64,000 bases of DNA from assembly GCF_030144855.1 (NCBI RefSeq), contig NC_082717.1, positions 110,484,001 to 110,548,000 on the forward strand, read 5' to 3'. Below are positions 1 to 11,089 of this stretch, piece after piece. The notes beneath the pieces were generated by a model. It did not search any database. It was given only the letters and a program-made list of their open reading frames with translations, and had not been told where the DNA came from. Within the stretch, counting starts at the first letter, position 1; each line of letters begins with the position of its first letter. The translations under genes were made by a program, and so were the position numbers. This stretch comes from Hypanus sabinus (Eukaryota).

Positions 1-752
1 GCTCTTCGGCGCTCGATGTTGTGCCGACCAATATATTCCATTAAAAATGTACTAAACCCACACTATCCTCTATTTTTATTACATCCATGTGCCTGTCCAA
101 GAGGCTCTGAAGTGCCCCTAATGTTTTAGCCTCCTCCACCACCCCTGGCAAGTCATTCCAGGCCCCCAAAACCATCTGAGTAAAAATCGTACTCCTGATA
201 TCGCCCTAAACTTCCCTCTCTTGACTTTGTACATAAGCCCTCTGGTATTTGCTATTCGTTCCCTGGGAACCAGTTACTGGCTATCAACCATATCTTAGCC
301 TTTCATATTCTTGTAGGACTCTATCAAGTCCCCTCTCATCCTTCTACACTCCAAACAGAAAAGTCTCAGCTCTGCTAACCTTGCCTCATAAGACTTGTTT
401 TCCAATTCAGGCAACATCCTGGTAAATCTCCTCTGTACCCTCTCCATAGGTTCCACATGCTTCCTATGATGAGGTGCCCAGAACTGAACACAATACTCTA
501 AGTGTGGTGTCACAAGAGATCTGTAGAGTTGGAACATGACCTCTCTACTCACCAACTCAATCCCCCTATTAATGAAGCCTAACATCCCATGTGCATTCTT
601 AAATATCCTATCAACCTGTGCAGCGACCTTGAGGGATGTATGGATTTGAAAACCAAAGTTCCTCTGTTTATCCTCACTCTTAAGTGACCAACCATTAACC
701 CTGTACTCAGCTTTCTATTTTGTCCTTCCAAAATGCATCACCCCACACTTAC
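1..752 (-). mobile_element. CR1 LINE, 3' part of ORF2 plus 3' UTR (decayed)
   Basis: ORF 295..585 contains LYRSLVTPHLEYCVQFWAP and RRMRGDLIE, typical of the CR1 ORF2 C-terminus. The 3' UTR runs to the window edge. Confidence 0.85.
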
Positions 753-758
753 CCGGCA

Positions 759-1330
759 CAAATGTTCAAGGGTGAACGCACAGACGTAATGTGGAGGAAG
801 ATTAAGGACCACTTGTGCCAGGTTCAGGATAAGTTTGTCTCACTTAGACTATGAAAAAAATAGTAGGAAAAGGGAACCGTGGCTAAAGAAACACGTGAGG
901 CAACTCGTCAAGAGGAAGAAGGAAGCTTATGTTAGACATAAGTAGCAGGAAGCAGGAGGGGCTCATGAGAATTATAGGCGGACCAGCATGGAGTTTAGCA
1001 AAGGATTTAGGAGAGATCGACGGGGACATGAGAACGTCTTGGCATTTAGGATTAAGGAAATCCCAAAGGCGTTCTATGTGTATGTGAAAAACAGAAGGAT
1101 GGTAAAAACGAAGGTGGGGCCGTTAAAGGATAAAGAAGTCAACATGTGCCTGGAGGCAAAGGAAGCTACGGAGGTCCTAAATGAATACTTTAGTATTCAC
1201 AAGAGAAAAAGACCTTGATCAGGGTGAGGTCGAAATAGAACAGGCCTGTGTGCTGGACAATGTTGAGATTAAGGAAGAAGAAGTGCTGGATATTCCTAAA
1301 AACTTCAAGATTTATAAGTCCCGTGGGCAG
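759..1330 (+). mobile_element. CR1 LINE internal ORF2 fragment, inverted relative to the adjacent CR1
   Basis: Translates to IKEIPKAFYVYVKNRR...VGPLKD...EVLNEYF, the CR1 linker upstream of RT. 760-912 is homologous to 6660-6808. Confidence 0.8.
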
Positions 1331-1771
1331 GATCCTTCTATCGCCTTTGTTGCATATACAGGCAGCCATACTGATTTTCAGCTGCACCCACCTTCTCCTC
1401 AACGCCCCTTTACCTTTTCATATACCAACAGAATCTCTTGGGCATTTGTCTCATCATGTTTTTCGCATCGTTCTGATAGTCACATTTTAACATCCTAACT
1501 TATACAATTGTAGATATCAAGAGATTAACTAGTTCAACATTAATATGTGTGCCGTTTTCATCCTGACCTTGATCTGTATTGTTTCTTTGTTCTAATCTGT
1601 GTTTGTGTGTTGAATTGTACTTACTTCGTTACTTACACCCTTAATATACATGAGTACAAATCTTTACATTTCGTCTCCGTCTATACGTGCAAGGTGTAAG
1701 TTATAGTAATTTATAATAAATAATTTGTAGAACAGGACAGTCAGTATAACAGAGAAATACAGTTGTACAAT

Positions 1772-1775
<4 letters not shown>

Positions 1776-1803
<28 letters not shown>
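1776..1803. repeat. (TG)n microsatellite
   Basis: About 14 perfect TG units. Confidence 0.95.
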
Positions 1804-1940
1804 AGCAGGAATAAGGTAAAGGACTGATGGACAGTTCAAAATGGGAAACTGTATGGACAGAGGTAGGGATCGGTCAGTGTCCCTGGTCTCCGTTGAGAGA
1901 TGAATAGATAGCGAACAAAAAGATGAAATCTGTAAGTGCC

Positions 1941-2995
1941 ACACACCAAATACTGGCGGAACACAGCAGGCCAGGCAGCATCTATAAGGAGAAACACTGT
2001 CGGTGTTTCGGGCCGAGACCCTTCGTCAGAACTAACTGAAAGCAAAGATAGTAAGAGATTTGAAAATAGGAGGAGGAGGAGGGGAAAATGCGAAATGATA
2101 GGAGGAGACCGGAGGGGGTGGGGTGAAGCTGAGAACCGGAAAGGTGATTGGCAAAAGGGATACAGATTTGGAGAAGGGAAAGGATCATGGGACGGGAGGC
2201 CTAGGGAGAAAGAAAGGGGGAGGGGAGCACCAGAGTGAAATGGCGAACAGGCAGAGTGATGGACAGAAAGAGAGGAAAAACAAAGGAGAGGGAGAAAAAC
2301 AAAATATATCAGGGATAGGGTAAGAAGGGGAGGAGGGGCATTAACTGAAGTTAGAGAAGTCAATGATCATGCCATTAGGTTGGAGGCTACCCAGCCGGTA
2401 TATAAGGTGTTGTTCCTCCAACCCTTGTCTGGCTTCATCTTGACAGTAGAGGAGGCCATGGATAGACATAGCCGAATGCGAATGGGACGTGGAATTAAAA
2501 TGCGAGGCCACTGGGAGATCCTGCTTTCTCTGGCAGACAGAGCATAGGTGTTCAGCGGAACGATCCCCCTGTCTGCGTCGGGTCTCACTAATATATAAAA
2601 GTCCAAACCGGGAGCACTGGACGCAGTATACCACACCAGCCAACTCACAGGTGAAGTGTCGCCTCACCTGGAAGGACTGTCTGGGGCCCTGAATGGTGGT
2701 GAGGGAGGAAGTGTAAGGGTAGGTGTAGCACTTGTTCCGCTTACAAGGATAAGTGCCAGGAGGGAGATCGGTGTGAAGGGATGGCGGGGGATGAATGGAC
2801 AAAGGAGTCGCGTAGGGAGCGATCCCTGAGGAAAGCAGAAAGGGGAGGGAAGGGAAAGATGTACTTGATAGTAGGATCCCATTGGAAGTGGCGGAAGTTA
2901 CGGAGAATTATACGTTGGACCCGGAGGCTAGTGGGGTGGTAGGTGAGGACAAGAGGAATCCTATCCCTAGTGTGGTGGTGGGCGGATGGGGTAGG
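1941..2995 (-). mobile_element. Penelope-like element 3' remnant (GIY-YIG endonuclease plus terminal repeat)
   Basis: ORF 2341..2802 contains CKRNKCYTYP...FTCELAGVVYCVQCSRFGLLYISETRR...RSAEH, a decayed GIY-YIG domain with PLE-type Cys/His motifs. It is followed by a pyrimidine-rich tract and the tail repeat. Confidence 0.8.
1995..2035 (-). ncRNA. Relic minimal type I hammerhead ribozyme motif in a Penelope tail
   Basis: Minus strand reads UAGUU-CUGACGA-A-GGGU CUCG GCCC-GAAA-CACC-GACAG. The CUGANGA and GAAA boxes and stem II are intact; the cleavage triplet is mutated. Confidence 0.65.
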
Positions 2996-3401
2996 AACAG
3001 GAAGGATTCAATAACTTTTCTAGGTGTTTTTATAGGCCGCCCATTAGTAACAGGGATATCGAGGAGCAGATAGGGAAACAGATCCTGAAAAGATGTAATA
3101 ATAACACAGTTTTTGTGATGGGATATTTTAATTTCCCAAGCATCCATTGGCATTTCCCTAGAACAAAGGGTTTAAATGGGGTGGAGTTTGTTAGGTGGTG
3201 TTCAGGAATGTTTCTTGACACAATATGTAGATAAGCCTACAGGAGGAGTGATTGTACTTGATTTGGTATTGGGAAATGAACCTGGTCAGGTGTCAGATCA
3301 GGACAGAACCCAGGTCACTGGATCTGCGATACACAGCTAATCTGCATTAAAGGGAGCAAAACTATACAGTAATATCAGAAATTCCGCTCGGGAATACTCA
3401 C

Positions 3402-3497
3402 CCGAACTCTGGAATTCTTCTCTTTCTGTTGCTGCTCCTTTTCCTGGAAGTCTGATTTCTTTTTTGTAAGAGAGTCTAAGGAAGATTTTAGCTGAAC
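3402..3497 (-). pseudogene. TRIM pseudogene exon 2 (96-nt coiled-coil exon)
   Basis: Exactly 96 nt encoding VQLKSSLDSLTKKKSDFQEKEQQQKEKNSRVR. Donor is GTGAGT; the acceptor reads CAT instead of CAG after a pyrimidine tract. Confidence 0.75.
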
Positions 3498-3569
3498 ATG
3501 GAAGTCAGAGTGATGGAAATAGAAACAAAGATGCAACGAAAGAAACGGGTGATCAAATCCGAATATCGT

Positions 3570-3965
3570 AAAATATGCCAGAGGAACTCCGTGAGTTAAG
3601 TAGCATCTGTGCAGGGGAAATAAACACTCGGTGTTCCGGGGTGAGACCCTTCCATCGGACTGGGAAGGAATGGGGCAGAAGCCAGAATAAAAATGTTGGG
3701 GATGAGTACCAGCTTTCAGGTGACGGGTGAGACGTGGGGAACGTGGGCCGAGTAATGAATTAAGAAACTGAGAGGGGACAGGTGGAAGAGGCAAAGAGCT
3801 GAAGAAGAAGGAATCTAATACGAGTAGAATAATTGAAGAAACGAGAGGAACTGTGGCTGTTTGGGGCACTGGACAGCGACGAGGAAGGAAGTGGAGGAGT
3901 CAGGTGTGCAAGTTGTTCGGCTTGCAGGTATCAGTGTCACGAGGGAGTTCAATGGAGAGGAGAGC
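3570..3965 (-). mobile_element. Degenerate Penelope-like tail (continues at ~5221-5360 beyond a CR1 insertion)
   Basis: Similar to 1941-2995, with a decayed hammerhead-like motif at 3625-3662. Confidence 0.55.
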
Positions 3966-3996
3966 CTATATCGGATTTACAATATGTAGAGAGCGA

Positions 3997-5220
3997 TCCA
4001 TAGAACCATAGAACACTACGGCACAGTACAGACCCTTCAGCCCTCCATGTTGTGCCGACCCGTCACTTTTTCTTTCATCAATGTGACTGTCCAAGAGGCT
4101 CTTAAATATCCCTAATGTTTTAGACTCCACTACCATCCCTGGCAAGTCATTCCAGACATTCACAGCCCTCTGTGTAAAAAACCTACCACTGATAGCTCCC
4201 CTAAACTTCTCTCCCTTAATTTTGTACCTATGTCCTCTGGTGTTAGCTGTTGGTGACCAGGGAAACAGGTACTGACTATCCACTGACTATCGATGCCTCT
4301 CATCATCTTGTAGAGCTCTATCAAGTTCCCTCTCATTCTACGCTCCAAAGAGAACAGTCCCAGCTCTGCTAACCTTGCTTCATAAGTTTTGTTCTCCAAT
4401 CTAGGCAACATCCTGGTTATTCTCCTCTGCACCCTCTCCATAGCTTCCACATACTTCCAATAATGAGGTGACCAGAATTGAACACAATACTCTAAGTGCG
4501 GTCTCACCAGGGATTTGTAGAGTTGCAACATGATATCCCTACTCTTGAACTCAATCCCCCTGTTAATGAAGCCTAGCAACCCATAGGCCTTGTTAACTGC
4601 CCTATCAACCTGTGCAGCGACTTTGAGGGACATATAGATTTGAACCCCAAGGTCCCTTTGTTCATTCACACTCTTAAGTAACTGACCATTAATCCGGTAC
4701 TCAGTCTTCTGGTTTGTCCTTCCAAAATGCATCACCTCACACTTGTCCGGATTGAACTCCATCTGTCATTTTCTGCCCAACTCTGTTTATATCCTCTTGT
4801 AACCTCCGACCACCTACAGCTCCATCCACAACTCCTCCAATCTTCGTGTCATCCGCAAACTTACTCACCCATCCTCCCGCCTCTTCATCTAGGTCATTTA
4901 TAAAAATCACAAATAGCAGGGGTCCCAGGACAGATCCCTGCTGCACTCCGCTAGTCACTGACCTACAGGCAGAATACTTACCTTCCACAACTACACTCTG
5001 CTTTCATCCTTTAAGTCAATTTTTTATCCAAACAGCCAAGGTTCCACTTATCCCATGCCTCATGACTTTCTGGATGAGTCTTTCATGAGGGACACTCTCA
5101 AATACTTTGCTAAAGTCCATGTAGACCACATCCACAGCCCTACCCTCATCAATTTATATTGTTACCTCTTCATAAAACTCAGTCAGGCTCGTGAGGCACG
5201 ATCTTCCCTCAACAAAGCCC
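3997..5220 (-). mobile_element. CR1 LINE, 5'-truncated
   Basis: RT motifs GVQQGSVLGPLLF and KFADD, C-terminal LEYCVQFWSP, and a (catagaac) tail. Imperfect flanking duplication tgtagagagcga (3985-3996) / tgcagagagcaa (5221-5232). Confidence 0.9.
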
Positions 5221-5390
5221 TGCAGAGAGCAAAGAGTTGTGCGGTATGGGATGTCTGTAGGACGGATAGGTGGTAGAATCCCGTTGGAGATGCGGAAGTT
5301 GCAGAGAATGATGTGTTAGTTTTGGACGCTCATGTGATGGCATGTAGGACAAAGGAAACAGGTTAAGTATTAAATTAACTTTAATTTTAC

Positions 5391-5828
5391 CTTGTAGATT
5401 TTATTAGCTTCTTTAATCGTCATGAAGTGGTGCTCTCTGTGTTCCTACGCGACTGCACAGATCACACTGATCAGTGTCTTGTCCATTTCACAAAACAGTT
5501 TCAGTTCTTCTTCATATTCCTCGCAGTGAAGCTTACTTTTCTTCCCTTTCAGGTTTAGGTTTAGATTTCGTGCTTTTTCAGCTAGATTTGCTGCGGTCAG
5601 CAAACACCTCTCTACATTCCGGGCAGGAGTTTCTCTACAACAACACACACAAAAAGCTGGTGGAACACAGCAGGCCAGGTTTCTCTCCTTCCTTTCCCAA
5701 CATCGTGTGATACAAGAACGACAGAAGTTGTGTCCATACTTCAGTATGACCGGATCGGTGAATAAATCCAGTCAGATGGAACAAATTGACTCTTCGGTCC
5801 AATTCTCGGTCTGCCTTTTCGAAGCCAT
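5391..5828 (-). pseudogene. TRIM E3 ligase pseudogene exon 1 (RING plus B-box; TRIM39/A33/NF7-like)
   Basis: Manual translation from ATG 5828: [43 protein letters not shown]...SCPECREVF...LHCEEYEEELKLFCEMDKTLISVICAVA*EHREHHF...KIYK, then a GT donor. Two stops, a frameshifting insertion and lost zinc ligands. Confidence 0.88.
5637..5678 (-). mobile_element. 42-bp truncated Penelope-tail insertion inside the RING exon
   Basis: Matches 1941-1975 and is flanked by a perfect 8-bp duplication gtttctct (5629-5636 and 5679-5686). Confidence 0.8.
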
Positions 5829-5944
5829 GAAAACTCCCAGCATTTCCTGATTCAAAATGCATTCACTTTCGTGGAACTGCTGATCCCCTGCAGTCCGGCG
5901 ACTGTCCACTACACGCGCTGCAGACTCAGGGTATGCTGGATGTG

Positions 5945-6115
5945 CGCAGATGCTGGAATCTGCTTAAGGAACTGAGTGGGTCAGGCAGGATAGGTGCAGA
6001 GAAATATACAATCGACTCTACGGGTCGAGATCCTTCATCTCGACCAGCAATCGACCAGAAATGTCGATTGTCTATTTCGTCCACAGATGCTGCCTGAGCC
6101 GTTAATATCTTCCAA
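5945..6115. mobile_element. Palindromic (fold-back) Penelope-tail derivative
   Basis: Arms at about 5978-6029 and 6051-6100 are imperfect reverse complements, and both match the PLE tail. Confidence 0.6.
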
Positions 6116-6289
6116 AAAAACGGTTCTGATTTTTTTTCGAGGTTCAATGAGAATCAGACTGGGGTGTAACACGGTGGTTAAGTAAATATTCAAAGCAAAT
6201 ATTAGATCAGTTCATACCATGAAACTGGGAATGTGGAGAGAATATTGTTCTGTGAGGAGGCTAATGTACTGACACACTGGAGCAGATAA

Positions 6290-6808
6290 GCAGGCAGATT
6301 TTAGAATGGTGCAGGAAATACAGGGTGGTTTCAATTTCCCTCGTATTGACCAGCACCTCCTGACTTCAAGGGGGATAGATGGGGCTGAAATTGTCAGGAG
6401 TGTTCAAGAAGGCTTCCTGAAACGATATGTGGACCGGCCGCCGAGAGGAAAGGAGAGGCCATACAGGATCTGGTTAATGAACCTGGTCAGGTGGCAGACC
6501 TCTAGGTGGGGGAGCATTTTGGTGAGAGTGACCACAACTCCCTTTACTTCAGCATAGCTATGTTAAAGGATAAAAACAGCAAACTGGGAAAGTGCTTAAC
6601 TGTGTAAAGGCTAACTATGAAGGGATGAGGCAGGAACCAGCGAAAGTAAACTGGAAATAGATATTCAAGGGTGAAAGGACAGAAGTAATGTGGAGGAAGT
6701 TTAATGACCACGGGCTGGGATCAGGATAAGTTTGTCCCACAGAGACAAAGAAAAAATGGTAGGAAAAGGAAACCGTGGCTGACGAAACACGTGAGGCAAC
6801 TCGTCAAG
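6290..6808 (+). mobile_element. CR1 LINE fragment (endonuclease and linker)
   Basis: GGFNFPRID (GDFN-like motif) and VQEGFLKRYVDRP. Ends at a Rex1 tail. Confidence 0.75.
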
Positions 6809-7712
6809 TCAAGTCAAGTCACTTTTATTGTCATTTAGAATATAACTGCTGGTACGGTACATAGTAAAAATGAGCCAACGTTTTTCAGGACCATGGTGCT
6901 ACATGACACAGTACAAAATCTAGACTGAACTACGTTTTAAAAAAACAAGACAGAGAAAAAAAACACACAACTACACCAGACTAGAGACCTACCCCATTGA
7001 CTATATGAAGTGCACAAAACAGTGCAGGCATTACAATAAATAATAAACAGTACAATAGGGCAGTACAGTGTCAGTCCAGGCTCTGGGTATTGACGAGTCT
7101 GATAGCTTGGGGAAAGAAACTGTTACATAGTCTGGTCGTGAGAGCCCGAATGCTTTGGTGCCTTTTCCCAGACGGCAGGATGAAGAAGAGATTGTATAAG
7201 GGGTGCGTGGGGTCCTTCATAATTCTGTTTGCTTTGCGGATGCAGCGTGTAGTGTAAATGTACGTGATGGCGGGAAGAGAGTCCCCGATGGTCTTCTCAG
7301 CTGACCTCAATATCCGCTGCAGGGTCTTGCGATCCGAGATGGTGCAATTATCCGAACCAGGCAGTGATGCAGCTGCTCAGGATGCTCTCAATGCAACCCC
7401 TGTAGAATGTGTTGAGGATGAGGGTGAGAGATGGACATTTCTCAGCCTTCGCAGAATGTAGAGACGCTGCTGGGCTTTCTTTGCTATGGAGCTGGTGTTG
7501 AGGGACTAGTTGAGATTCTCTGCCAGGTGAACACCAGAAAATTTAGTGATCTTAACGATCGCTACCAGGGACCCGTCGATGTCCAGCGGGGAGTGGTCGC
7601 TCCGTACCCTCCTGAAGTGAACAACCATCTCTTTTGTTTTGTTCACATTCAGAGACAGGTTGTTGGCTCTGCACCAGTCCGTCAGCCGCTGCACCTCCTC
7701 TCTGTAAGCTGA
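6803..7712 (-). mobile_element. Rex1/Babar LINE, 3' 0.9 kb
   Basis: WCRANNLSLNVNKTKEMVV and NSFFPQAIRL, AATAAA, and a (CTTGA)n tail. Same family as 11090-13390. Confidence 0.88.
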
Positions 7713-7719
7713 GCTAGTG

Positions 7720-8533
7720 CTGATAAGTGTTAAATGTGAGGAGCTACATTTTGGTAGCACTACTCAAAGTAGGATATACATGGTAAATGGTAGGGCATTG
7801 AACAATGCAGTACAACAGAGTGATCTAGGAATAATGGTGTGTAGTTCCCTGAAGGTGGAATCTCCTGTGGATAGGGTGGTGAAAAAGCTTTTGGTATGCT
7901 GGCCTTTATAAATCAGAGCTTTGAATACAGGAGTTGGGATGTAATGTTGAAATTGTACAAGGCATTATTAAGGCCAAATTTGGAGTATTGTGTACAGTTC
8001 TGGTCACCAAATAACAGAAAAGATGTCATCAAAACAGAGAGAGAGTACAGAGAAGATTTATTGGAATGTTCACCTAAGTTACAGAGAAAGATTGAACAAG
8101 TTCGGTCTTTATTCTTTGGATCATAAAGGTTGAGGGCGGACTTTAAAATTAGAGGTATTTAAAAGTATGAGGGGGATAGATAGAGTTGATGTGGATATAC
8201 ATTTTCCATTGAGAGTAGGGGAGATTCAAACAAGAGGACACGAGTTGAGAGTGTGGGGGCAAAAGTTTAGGGGTAACACGAGGGGGAACTTCTTTACTCA
8301 GAGAGTGGTATCTGCGTGGAACGAGCTTCCAGGAGAAATGGTAGAGGCAGGTTCGATATTGTCATTTAAAGTAAAATTGGATAGGTATGTGGACAATAAA
8401 GGAATGGAGGGTTTTGAGCTGAGTGCATGTCGGTAGGTCTAGGTTTCAGCACGGACTAAGCATTAAGCATTCAGCACGGACTAGAAAGGCCAAGATGGCC
8501 TGTTTCCGTGCTGTAATTATTATATGGTCATAT
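7720..8533 (+). mobile_element. CR1 LINE 3' end
   Basis: LYKALLRPNLEYCVQFWSP and NFFTQRVVSAWNELP, with a (TTATATGG)-type tail. Confidence 0.85.
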
Positions 8534-9672
8534 GTGTGTGTTCCCCCGACTTCCACTTCCTGAATCCACAATCAATTCCTTTGTCTTAATAATGTTGATT
8601 GCAAGTTTGCAGCTGGAACACCACTCAACTTGTTGATATATCTCACTTCTGTACTCCTCATCACCATCTCAAATTCCACGAACAGTAGTTGTGACATCAG
8701 CAAATTTATATATGCAAGGTAAAATTATTATCGATGTGTAAGCACGTCACTATGCAGAATCCTGAGATTCGATATTTTGAGGAAATACTCATTAAATCAA
8801 AGAACCATAATGGAATCAAAGAAAAATCACACCCAGCTGGACGGACAGAAGAAACAATCTGCAAAAGACAAAGATCCGTACAAATACTAAAGTAAAAGTA
8901 AAAACAAATAATAATAAACAATAAATAAATGTCATGAAGATGAGCTGAAAAGTCCTTGAAAATGATTCAGTAGCTTGTGGGAACAGTTCAGTGACAGGGG
9001 TGAGTAAATTTGTATAAAGTTATCCCCTCTGGTTGAAAAGCTTGATGGTTGAGGTGTAATAACTATTCCTGAACTTGGTGGTGTGGATCCTAAGGCCCAT
9101 GCACCTTCCTCTTGGTCACAGCAGTGAGAAGAGAGCATGATCTGGTTAGTAGGGCTCCATGTTCATTGATGCTGCTTTCCTGCAATGGCATTCCATAAGG
9201 ATGTACTCCACAATGGGGAGGGTTTTACTCGTGATGTTCTGGGCCGTATCTATTGTAGGATTTCCCTTTCACGGGATTTGGTGTTTCTATACCAAACCAT
9301 GGTGCAACCACTGAACGAACTTTCCAGCACACATTTGCAGAAGTTTTTCATGGTTTTAGATTTCATACTGAATCTTGCAAACTTAACAAAATCGAGACGC
9401 TGCTATGCGTTCCGTGTAATTGCCGAGGCCCTGGGTCTGTGAGTGTGAGTACCCTGGGGAAGTTAGATACCCCATGTCTGTAAGTCCAAAAGGCCAATAG
9501 AGGCTGGTGACCCAGAGGTGGTCTGTCCTGGGGTTGACGCCTGCCTGGGTGTGGGTGAATGGGACAGAGAAAAGAGGCTTATTTTGCTGTTATTGTTTTG
9601 CGGGCTGCCCCAGGCATATCCTTAGCTTATGGTGGTTATTAATGCAAATGACACATTTTACTGATTAATAAA

Positions 9673-9988
9673 TTTGGGTGGCAGAGTAGAGAAATATTTT
9701 TACTAAAGGAGGTTAAGGCACTCCTTCCCTCCGCTAATCTACAGGTTGCCCTTGGGCAAGGTGTAGCATCTCCTTAGCCGCCACCTGGTCAGGGTCAAGT
9801 GAAGCCATGGGAGCAGGTGGTGGATAGTTGTACGAACAGTTGGTGCATGTCACAAGTCCTGGTTAGGCAACCAGTGATGCTAGGCAGACAGTCTCTGAAG
9901 AGTATTGATAATGGCTGGGGTTAACCGTCCTGTAAAGACACTGCCCAGAAGAAGGCAATGGCAAACCACTTCTGTAGAAAAATTTGCT
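9673..9988 (+). mobile_element. SINE-like element with an RTE/BovB-type motif
   Basis: gaagaaggcaatggcaaaccacttc (9948-9972) resembles the GAAGG(C/A)AATGGCAACCCACTCC motif of BovB-related SINEs. Recognised by eye only. Confidence 0.5.
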
Positions 9989-11089
9989 CTGAAATGAGAA
10001 CCTGGAGGAATCTAAGGTTGCTGACCTTTGATCTCCGATGTGGATTGGCTCCTGTTTCCTCCCTCTGAGATCAATGATCAGCTGCTTATTCTTGCTGATA
10101 TTGAATGAGAGATTGTTATCGTGACACCACTTAGCCAGATTTTCAATTTGCCTCCTCTCTGCTGATTCATCACCAAATTAAATTCAGCCAACAGCAGTGG
10201 TGCTGTCAACAAACATAAATGTGGCATTAGAGCAGGGCTCCGCCTCACAGTCACCAGTGTAAAACGAGTCGATCTGGGAGTGGGGATGGGGGTGGAGCGA
10301 GCGAAGCGCACAGCCTTGTGATACACCTATGCTGATGGAGGTTGTGGAGGGTATGTTGCTGTCATCTGAACTGACTGGGTAGAGTTTTGGATGTGAATTG
10401 AATGGTATTCAGTGGAGATAGCATCAGCACCGTGAACTGGTGTTTGTCTTATTTAGTGACGGAATAAGTGAGAGGCTGAATGGCCTATCTAGATTCTGTT
10501 CCTGATGTTGGACCGTGGCTCGACTGAATTGAGGGAGCAATAGATGTGTAGAGGAGGAGGGTGAAAAGATGGTTAAATATAAATAAATTGTCAGGACAGA
10601 GATGACAGGCCGAAAGGCCTGTTTCTGCACCCACTGTTTTATTTTTTATCCTGTGGTGAAGTATAAATAATTGCCAGGCAAATGCTCTCAGTAAGATGGG
10701 GATTTCGCTGCAACATGACATTGAGAGGTGTCAGATACACTGGAATTTCTGACACGGCTGCAGGAAAACTTCCTGACTTCACACTTGGCAGACCTGCTCT
10801 GCTGTAAGATCCTGCTCTCCCCGATTAGATGCTGGCAGACAGACAGCTCGGACAAAACTATCTCTGCAGACCAAGCTGTTACCCTGAACACGACTCATTT
10901 GCTGACAATTGGTCTTCATCCCTCTTTCCTTTCAAACACTTCCCTATGATGTAATTTGTTATCTTTTAAATGTTTTTATTAGACCGTACTCCGCGATTTG
11001 CTGCAACAGCTCGTTCCGCTTTCTCCCACCTTAAATTTCTGTCCTCCAGGTTTAGACTCCCTGAACGTTGGAAAAGGACTGTAACCATC

